Origin: a virus
Direction: 5' to 3' (one strand)
Length of the DNA stretch: 64,000 nt
Virus record (IMG/VR): IMGVR_UViG_3300047481_001036
The translations under genes and the position numbers were made by a program. Each line of letters starts with the position of its first letter. Position 1 is the stretch's first letter. The notes below the pieces were generated by a model that had not been told where the DNA came from, searched no databases, and saw only the letters and a list, made by a program, of their open reading frames with translations. This document shows, one piece after another, positions 34,111-42,128 of the stretch.

Positions 34111-35079
34111 ATGCCAAAAGGCGTTAAAGTTTGGATAAAAAATAAAACAGATAATATAGACGAATTGAATAAATACGGATATATTATTAGAAGATTAAAT
34201 GTTCATTTCTATGAGATAGAACCAGAGGTAAAACAAACAAATGAAGATACTGTTATCTTACATAAGGATGACTTTGTAGAGATATCAGAATCTAATAGAT
34301 TTTTATATGGGATACGAAACAAGATACAATAATAATCAAACAGTCAGCTTATTCTCTCTGTGTGATTGTAAAAATGAAATCTTATATATGGAGTATGACC
34401 ACGAAATTAAGCTTGTGGATGTGTGTATTTTTAAATCCGGGTATGGTACACGCTTATCTTTAAAAGACAGGTTCAGATATATCTGGAGAGTTTTAACAAC
34501 GGGCAAACCGTACTCAGACCAGATCATGCTTAATTTAGAACAAATTAGAGATATTAAAAACTTTTGCAATACTATACTTAATTAGTGTATTAATATAAGT
34601 ACTATATACTCGTATATAAAGGGCTGTAATTATGAAAACAATGAATAATTATATCGGAGATGAATTAGCCCATAAGGTCAAGGTGCTAAGTCAAGCACTT
34701 AACGAAGCCAGAACAATTATATCTAAATTAGAAGAAGAAAATAATCTTCTAAAAGACGCTCTTATGAATATAACGTCTATAAATAAAGAATATTCTTATC
34801 CTCATTCAGAGGCTATGTGTGCTTAATTTTACAGATAAGCAGAATAATAAACAAATTACTGTTACTCAAATAAAAGATAATCAATTTTTAGTCGAAGGTC
34901 GGTATGATACCATGAAAATGGTAGGAGAGAATGAATACTGTATAAGCTATATTGATATAGAAGATGGTCCGTTTCTCCATGTAGGTAAAGATTTTTTAGG
35001 TATGGGTACTATACTAAGATTAGAACCCATTGACTCGTCTAGAGATAACTATATGATAATTAAGGTTTTTATAGGATAA
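34111..35079 (+). other. hypothetical ORFs (34111-34332, 34307-34585, 34632-34826, 34819-35079)
   Basis: Co-oriented ORFs. Confidence 0.7.
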
Positions 35080-35154
35080 ATTATATGCTAATACTAGAAC
35101 TAATTCCAGTGGTCGGTTTACAACAAGCACTACTTATATATGGATATACAGATT

Positions 35155-35346
35155 ATGTCACGACTAACTAAATGTACTAAAGATAGATCATTGTTTGGTG
35201 TGTGTTGCGGTATCTCTAAAGCAACAGGCATAGACGTAACTATCATTAGATTAGCCCTAGTATTAGGAGCATTATTTACAGGAAGTATTCTATTTTGGGT
35301 CTATATTATAGCAGCATTAGTGTTGCCTAGCGACGAACAGACTTAA
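35155..35346 (+). CDS. PspC domain protein
   Basis: RL.K...DRSLFGVCCGI....GIDVTIIRL...YIIAALVLP. Confidence 0.88.
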   Translation: MSRLTKCTKDRSLFGVCCGISKATGIDVTIIRLALVLGALFTGSILFWVYIIAALVLPSDEQT

Positions 35347-36344
35347 TCGTTGACACTATCTGCTTCTAAAATAATCTCTAAAGCTAATTTAGCTACTTGT
35401 ACTAAACCATTATAGTTTAGTCTATCTGAAGTATCTGTAGGTTTATGGTAGTGAATATGTGAACCAGTATGTAAGAATACAATAGGTATTCCTTTGTTAT
35501 AGAAAGGAGCATGGTCGCTCCCTCCTGGCCTATATCCACTTATATTTTTTGCAAATGAGTACTTGCTGTCTAATTTAGACACTATATTTTTTAGATCTAT
35601 AGCATTAGTATAATCATATACTGTCCATATCTGGTAATTTCTACATTTTGTCATATTTTCATTATCACCATATTTACCTTTTAAATATCCTATCATATCT
35701 AAATTAATCATAGCAATATGCTTATTAATATCCGGATCATTTAATGGGAATAATGGATTATTAGTATAATATTTGCTTCCTATCAAGCCCATCTCTTCTG
35801 CTGAATAAAATTGCAATAAAATAGTGTGATTAAGATGAGATCTATATTTACTCAGTGCTGTGGCTATAGACATAATTCCAGCCACACCACTAGCATTATC
35901 ATCAGCCCCAGGATAATAGACATTACCAGATGATCCTAAATGATCAAAATGAGCCCCAATTACTAATAAACTATCTGACTTAATAGTAATAGGATTTATA
36001 TATGCTATAATATTTTTTGTTTTTATGCCTCTCGCTAGAAATTCTTGTTCTTTATATGGAATATTTAATTTATCTAGATGGTCTTTTATATATTGTGCAG
36101 CTTTATTGTTTCCTTCTGTTCCAGTTCCTCTGCCACTATATTCTTTAGAAGCCAGAACTTCCACATATCGTTTAACGTCTTCTTTATTAATTAAGTCTAT
36201 AATTTGTTCGCGTGTTAATTGTATAGATATTTGTGGCGATGGTTTAACTGGTATTTTGTCTGATATTAAATTATAAGAGAATTTGTTTGATAAATTCAAT
36301 AATACTAATAAAATAACTACTAATGCGATAATATTTTTTTTCAT
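35343..36344 (-). CDS. M28 family aminopeptidase, exported
   Basis: Signal/TM N-terminus; GAHFDH, GADDNASG, AEEMGLIGS, NLDMIG, SDH, YH..TD. Confidence 0.92.
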   Translation of the reverse strand: MKKNIIALVVILLVLLNLSNKFSYNLISDKIPVKPSPQISIQLTREQIIDLINKEDVKRYVEVLASKEYSGRGTGTEGNNKAAQYIKDHLDKLNIPYKEQEFLARGIKTKNIIAYINPITIKSDSLLVIGAHFDHLGSSGNVYYPGADDNASGVAGIMSIATALSKYRSHLNHTILLQFYSAEEMGLIGSKYYTNNPLFPLNDPDINKHIAMINLDMIGYLKGKYGDNENMTKCRNYQIWTVYDYTNAIDLKNIVSKLDSKYSFAKNISGYRPGGSDHAPFYNKGIPIVFLHTGSHIHYHKPTDTSDRLNYNGLVQVAKLALEIILEADSVND

Positions 36345-36424
36345 AATAGTCTCCTTTAAATTATTATACACAATATTAGGTGTATATAAATCTATTGGAC
36401 TATAACTAAAAATAGGAGGCAAAT

Positions 36425-36913
36425 ATGAAAACCTTCGTAGCAATCTTAATGACCCTACTATTTGCTTCTTCTTCGTATGCTCTGGAAATAGTCACAGACT
36501 ATGATGTGGCTATAGAATTAGCTAAAAAAACAGAAAAAAATGTGTTATTAATTTTTAGCTTAGAAAACTGTCAGTATTGTGATCTTTTAAAAGAAGATAT
36601 GCCAAATATGAGACAGATAGACGATTATATCGTTTGTGTATTAGATTCTAGGAAAAATAAAAAGCTAACAGGAACAATGAACATAAAAAAATGGCCAACT
36701 TCTGTAGTTATGGTTATTGGTAAAGAAAATCAAGGAGAATCCGATAGGTTAGTAGGATATTCTGGAAAAGGAAATTATGATACTTGGCTTAAAAAGAATG
36801 CTAAATTTTTTAGTGATGATAATGTTTGTGGATGTGATTGTGTCGATACTTGTCGCTGTAGAAAAAACGGGATATGCACTTGCTGCGGTAAAACATGCAA
36901 TTGTAAAAAATAA
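36425..36913 (+). CDS. exported thioredoxin-family protein with Cys-rich tail
   Basis: Signal peptide, CQYC, WPT cis-Pro loop, C-terminal CGCDCVDTCRC...CTCC...CNC. Confidence 0.8.
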   Translation: MKTFVAILMTLLFASSSYALEIVTDYDVAIELAKKTEKNVLLIFSLENCQYCDLLKEDMPNMRQIDDYIVCVLDSRKNKKLTGTMNIKKWPTSVVMVIGKENQGESDRLVGYSGKGNYDTWLKKNAKFFSDDNVCGCDCVDTCRCRKNGICTCCGKTCNCKK

Positions 36914-37386
36914 TGAATAAACAAATTATACTATTAATAGGATTATGTTTATTAGGATACTCTATATATAGTAAGTATCAAGATAATCCTTCTATCCCTA
37001 TCGTTCCTGTATTAGTTCCAAATAAACCAGAGCTAAAAACAAATATATACTACGATGAGTATGAAAAATGTATACAATTATCTAAAACTTATAATAAAAA
37101 ATTAGTTATAATTTTTGGAGCTGATTGGTGTCCATACTGTAAGGCGCTTAAAAAAGATATAAATAATATTACTCAGTTTATTAATTATATTGTATGTTTT
37201 ATAGACACAGATAAAAATGAAGATTTAGTAAAAAAATATCGTATTAGAGGATTACCTACATCTGTTATTATAGACTCTAAAGAAACCGAATTATCTCGTA
37301 AAACAGGCTATAAAAATAAAGACTATGATAGATGGCTAGAAAACAATCTAGATGAGGGTAATATGTCATGGATGCCAGAAAAATAA
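36913..37386 (+). CDS. thioredoxin-family protein
   Basis: FGADWCPYC, GLPT; N-terminal TM. Confidence 0.88.
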   Translation: MNKQIILLIGLCLLGYSIYSKYQDNPSIPIVPVLVPNKPELKTNIYYDEYEKCIQLSKTYNKKLVIIFGADWCPYCKALKKDINNITQFINYIVCFIDTDKNEDLVKKYRIRGLPTSVIIDSKETELSRKTGYKNKDYDRWLENNLDEGNMSWMPEK

Positions 37387-38159
37387 TAGTCTTTTGTTTA
37401 ACTCTAATAATATTTTGTTCATCTAGTATAGGTGCGGATAGAATAGTTCCCATAGGATTAAAGTTAATCAAACTTAAAAAATATAAAAATTTTTCAGAAA
37501 CTTCTATTTATAACGAAGTAATGAATTATTCTGAAAGTCCTCCGTTTGGCGATGAACATGGTAGGTCTACAAATGTTCACGAAACTGTACATGGTATTAA
37601 TTCCTATATCAGAAATAAATTTTATAAAGACAAAATAAATGGATTTTATGCTGGTTCTGGTTATGGTATTCTGGTTAAAAATCCAAAATTAAGACTCAGG
37701 CAAATTAAAGATTATGTACCTTTGTCCTTGAGAGGCTATAGATTTAATCTATATTTTGAAAAACAACTAGGAGATTGGGATGATACTCCAACATATCACA
37801 TAGATGAATGGTCTGCATATATTGCTGGAGCAGAGTGTGCTGTTGATGATGCGAATAGGGACATTTCTTTTAAAGAAAGAAGCGATAGTGTATCTGGTGC
37901 TTTGGAATTCAGTATATATTGCACAGCACTGGCTATGGCTACAAAAGATTTAGATAAAACATATTGGGATTCAGAAGAACAATTAAAACAAACTATTAAT
38001 TATTTCTTAATTAAAGCAGAAAAGGTTTTCTTTGAGGGTCAAAAATTATTTCCTTCTAAAGCACAAGATTTATTATTATATAATCTTAGAAATAGTACCG
38101 ATGCTAAACCTATTAGAGATTTTTTAATAACAGAATTTGGAGGTATATTCGTTGACTAA
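37368..38159 (+). CDS. exported protein with HExxH motif
   Basis: Signal peptide; VHETVH. Confidence 0.55.
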   Translation: MDARKIIVFCLTLIIFCSSSIGADRIVPIGLKLIKLKKYKNFSETSIYNEVMNYSESPPFGDEHGRSTNVHETVHGINSYIRNKFYKDKINGFYAGSGYGILVKNPKLRLRQIKDYVPLSLRGYRFNLYFEKQLGDWDDTPTYHIDEWSAYIAGAECAVDDANRDISFKERSDSVSGALEFSIYCTALAMATKDLDKTYWDSEEQLKQTINYFLIKAEKVFFEGQKLFPSKAQDLLLYNLRNSTDAKPIRDFLITEFGGIFVD

Positions 38160-38538
38160 ATTATATTTACCAAATATGAGATTGCTAGTAGATTTACACA
38201 ATGAATCTAGATCTAAAGCTTCTTGGATGTGGCAAATCTCTCCACTGATAATGGATGATCAATTAATGTTATATGCTCAAGACTGGGCTGATTGGATGGC
38301 AGAGAATAATAGGATGGTACATAGCAGTATGAGAAAAATTATGAATCTAGGTTTTAATAGAGCAGGAGAAAACATTGCTTGGGGACAAGAAAATGAGCAA
38401 AGCGTAATGAAAGCATGGTTATGGAGTCCTGGACATAGAGCTAATATTATGAGTACTTCTTATACTAGAATTGGGTGTGCTGCTACTTATAGTAAATATG
38501 ATAGGTTGTACTGGTGTGTTTGTTTTGGAAGAAATTAA
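38137..38538 (+). CDS. CAP/SCP domain protein
   Basis: HN..R, GENIAWG, W..SPGHRANI, YWCVCFG. Confidence 0.9.
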   Translation: MEVYSLTKLYLPNMRLLVDLHNESRSKASWMWQISPLIMDDQLMLYAQDWADWMAENNRMVHSSMRKIMNLGFNRAGENIAWGQENEQSVMKAWLWSPGHRANIMSTSYTRIGCAATYSKYDRLYWCVCFGRN

Positions 38539-38630
38539 GGATTTAAACAACCTACTGGTTTTGAGAGCAATGATTTAAAAAAGCTGTCAGAACTGATTCT
38601 AAGCGGTTCAAATTTTTTCAAGTCCAGCAG

Positions 38631-38658
38631 TTGACAAACCCGATACCAATGATAGAAT
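38631..38658 (+). promoter_or_regulatory. sigma70-type promoter with CCGATA spacer motif
   Basis: TTGACA-aacCCGATAccaatga-TAGAAT. Confidence 0.8.
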
Positions 38659-38733
38659 GAATGAGTCGATCAGAGGTTTCGGTCGTGTGACTGACTTAAG
38701 GATCGATTGGATTAAAGATTTTGGAGGTTGATT

Positions 38734-39015
38734 ATGGCTGAAGTTACTACTCTTGATAAGCAGACCAGAGTGCGTTGTTCTGACGAAAAGTTTCTTGAAG
38801 CAGTTTTTTCCAGCAAGACTTATGCTGAGATTGCTACTAAGACAGGTCAGAAGGTTGCTAGCACAATGGCTCGTTATGCTCGTACCAAGGCTGCACTGTC
38901 CAAGAAGGGTATTGAACTGCCCGCTATGGAACGTGCGAAGCCTACAAAGACAGTTGACAATGTTGAGGCTATGGCTCAGGTTGTGGCTCGTCTTAAGGCC
39001 CATGCTAACGGTTGA
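38734..39015 (+). CDS. small basic protein, possibly DNA-binding
   Basis: GGAGG RBS; TYAEIATKTG helix-turn-helix-like segment. Confidence 0.6.
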   Translation: MAEVTTLDKQTRVRCSDEKFLEAVFSSKTYAEIATKTGQKVASTMARYARTKAALSKKGIELPAMERAKPTKTVDNVEAMAQVVARLKAHANG

Positions 39016-39109
39016 TTAAAAAACTAAAGACTCCGACTACATAAGTTAAGTGAGAGGCACACAAGTATAGTCAACCTCAAATCTATGACTTGTGTAGTCG
39101 GGGGATTAT

Positions 39110-39395
39110 GGCCTCTTGGCGTAATAGGCAGCCGCAACGGACTTATACAATTTGAGTGCTTAGGAGGAAACCCCTAAAGTAGAATCGCTTAAATTCGGTG
39201 AAAGCTTAACTGCTAATACCGAGCCAAGTCTGAGTAATCAGAAAGGTGTAGAGACTAAACAGGCGATACCTAAAACTAGAAGTAGTTAAGGTAAAGATAT
39301 AGTCCAGACCACAAACAGAAATGGCAACGAAAGTTGTAGTGGTAAGAAAATCCGTTGGGAGTAATCCCGTGTGGGTTCAAGTCCCACAGAGGCCA
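39110..39395 (+). tRNA. trnL: tRNA-Leu(UAA), intron-split (exons 39110-39144 and 39347-39395)
   Basis: Acceptor GGCCTCT/AGAGGCC, anticodon arm ACGGA-CTT^AAAA-TCCGT, long variable arm, T-arm GTGGG-TTCAAGT-CCCAC; CCA not encoded. Confidence 0.92.
39145..39346 (+). mobile_element. group I intron (ORF-less, 202 nt) in the tRNA anticodon
   Basis: P1 with U39144:G39154 wobble, core motifs AAATTCGGTGAA, GAGACTA, AAGATATAGTCC, terminal G; position U34^A35 as in bacterial/plastid trnL(UAA) introns. Confidence 0.9.
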
Positions 39396-39420
39396 CTGTA
39401 GTGTGATAAGTAGAGAAATA

Positions 39421-39463
39421 AATCTCTTTGGTGTAGTCTAAATTAGACTACATCAAGGAGATT
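39421..39463 (+). promoter_or_regulatory. 20-bp hairpin sequestering the RBS of the HNH gene
   Basis: AATCTCTTTGGTGTAGTCTA-aat-TAGACTACATCAAGGAGATT. Confidence 0.8.
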
Positions 39464-39466
39464 ATT

Positions 39467-39943
39467 ATGAAAAAATGTCGTAAGTGTCAACAAGAGTTTC
39501 CTAATAGAATAAAAGTTAATGGATCAATAAAAGTCTTAAACAGAAGAAAATATTGTTTGGAATGTTCCCCATTCGGACAAAGAAACACTAGGAAACTACA
39601 TCTTCCTCAAACTCAAAGAGATAAAAATACCAAAAAGAATTGCCCTCAATGCGGAAGAGATTTTAAATGGAACAAAAACAATGTTTGTTGGACCTGTAGA
39701 TCTTTTAATAGAAGAAAAAATAATAGATCTAAAGGACTCAAATATCTAGGAGCTAAATGTAAACGCTGTAAAAACAAAGATATTGAAGTATTAACTTTTC
39801 ATCATACTGATCGGGAAAATAAATATGATAATCTATCAAGCTTATGGCATCGAGAATGGTCTATTATACAAACAGAATTAGACAAATGCGAACTTCTTTG
39901 TGCCAATTGTCACATGAAATTACATAGAAAAGAAAACTTATGA
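39467..39943 (+). CDS. free-standing HNH endonuclease with N-terminal Zn fingers
   Basis: Several CxxC; C..C...LTFHH.D...KCELLCANCH...H. Confidence 0.85.
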   Translation: MKKCRKCQQEFPNRIKVNGSIKVLNRRKYCLECSPFGQRNTRKLHLPQTQRDKNTKKNCPQCGRDFKWNKNNVCWTCRSFNRRKNNRSKGLKYLGAKCKRCKNKDIEVLTFHHTDRENKYDNLSSLWHREWSIIQTELDKCELLCANCHMKLHRKENL

Positions 39944-42057
39944 CATTCGATCAATGGCTCCATCAAGACGAAGGGTTTGGCCCAAGAATAGATCGAATGA
40001 TGGATGATATAAAAGTTTCTGTTGAACAAGAACGAACAGACTCTATAATTAAGTGGCTCATGGCAGCGTATACTATGGGTCATGGTCAGGGATATGATAT
40101 AGGATATTCAGATGGTTATAACGACTGTGAAGAAAGTAAGGACATATAATGACTAAAAACACACTAGAAATCTATAAAATAGGTAGTAAGGTTAAATTGG
40201 CTGACGATATACATGGTTCTATCACAGCAATTTGTATTCGTGGTAATAATTATATAACATATGAATGTAGTTGGTGGAACGGCCGCTCCCACGATAATAA
40301 GTGGTTTTATGCTGATGAGATAGAGGTTACTACTGGCGAAAAAACAAAAATAGGCTTTGCATAAATATGTTAGAGTATTCTAATCCATTAGACTATATCT
40401 TGCGTTGTACAGAACAGGGCTTGGTTCCTAAGTTATTTACTGTGCAAAATGCTAAAGATGAACTTAAAAAACTTAGGCAACAGCTAGAAGCATTTAAAGT
40501 AGTAGCATATGGAAAAATCAATCATAATAATGATTTATATGATTTAAGACTACAAAATAATCCATATGATGATCAACAAAAAGTAATTTACTTATATTCT
40601 AATACTTTAAATAGTAATAAAAATGGTTAGTTTACCTAATAGACTATTCAGAGGAATTGTTAAAAATCCTACGGAAAAATATAAGCATCCAAACTTTCAA
40701 TATATCATAGTAGATACTGTCAGAGAAATACAAGATATTGAAGGAAACTGGCATACCGATAGTTTTGAGTCTTATGATGAGTATCTTTTGCATAATCCCG
40801 ATTATGGAGATATATTTTATGTTGTATACGGATCTTATTGGATCGATATTCCGTTAAGTAGTATTAAAATTACTGAAACAGATAGTTTAAATCAGGCCAT
40901 AAATATAGCTGAAGCTATTATGGGATCTTCTATAACAGAAATAGCACTACTTAAAAAGTAATAAGGTAAATATTATGTCAAATAATCAGACTCCTAATTT
41001 AGAGGCTGTTATAGATTTTGCTTGGGCTTCTGGTGCTTCTATAGAACTAATAAATGAAGCAAAAAGGGAACTAAAAAATTTGGTAGAGTCTTTGCTATTA
41101 TCAAAAACAATACTAGATTAAATTAATACGATAACTAATTACTATAAAGGATAAATTATGCCATATATTAAAGAAGAAAACAGGGCTCAATTAGATGGAT
41201 GTATAGAGGATATGATGTATTGTTTGCGTGGTAATGTTAGTCCAAACACAGATAATCCCCACTCAAATCCCTATAAAGAGAAACTAACTAATGACGAGTT
41301 TTTAACAATATGTGGGGATATCAATTATGCTTTTTCTCGGATTATATCGGGAGTAATGGGTGATGTTTCATATCCTAAGATTGCTATCATTACTGGTGTA
41401 TTAGAGAATATCAAGCAAGAATTTTATAGGCGTATAGCATCCGTATATGAAGATCAAAAAATCATTCAAAATGGCGATATACCAGAATACAAAAGGAGAA
41501 GCTAATGTCTAAAGATATTAATGACATTATGAAGGAAGTAATTAAAAGCGGAAAAGAGATACATAGAGTAGATACTAAATTTTCTAAAGAAATCATTGGT
41601 CTTCAAAAAGATGTAGAAGGCTTACATAAAGATATAAAAGTAATTGCTTCCAAAATAGATCTAATTTTAGACCTATTAAATAGTTTAACTATCTTTATAG
41701 AAGAAGAAGATGAGTCTTTAGATGACGATGACGATGAATATCAATCTAATGAGGGCTGGCTACCAGAAGTTAATAATTGGGAAGAAAAATACTTGGAAGA
41801 TGAAGATGAAGAGGAATTAGATGGCTAGTTTGGCTTTATTAGCTTCTCTAGTATTTTTATTGATTCTGTTTATTGGTCCAATTACTTATTTTTTGACTAA
41901 AATAGGATTACCTTCATTTATAATATGGATTTTAGCAAGTTTTTGTATTGTTTCGGGATGCTGGTTTGCTATAACTTTGCCTCATATATTTTATATAGGA
42001 CTTATTCCTATATATTATGGTTATATCAGTATTACAGCAACTAGCCAGAAATACTGA
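39940..42057 (+). other. hypothetical ORFs (39940-40149, 40149-40364, 40367-40630, 40623-40961, 41158-41505, 41505-41828, 41821-42057)
   Basis: Co-oriented ORFs; 41158 has MPYI...GDINY...EFYRR...YED.KI..NGD, a recurrent phage family. Confidence 0.75.
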
Positions 42058-42060
42058 TGC

Positions 42061-42089
42061 TTGACAAAGGGCAAAGTCGATAGTATACT
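42061..42089 (+). promoter_or_regulatory. sigma70-type promoter
   Basis: TTGACA-aagggcaaagTCGATAg-TATACT. Confidence 0.8.
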
Positions 42090-42128
42090 TGGGAGATCAC
42101 GGGTTAAACGACACTTTGGAGATTTAAA

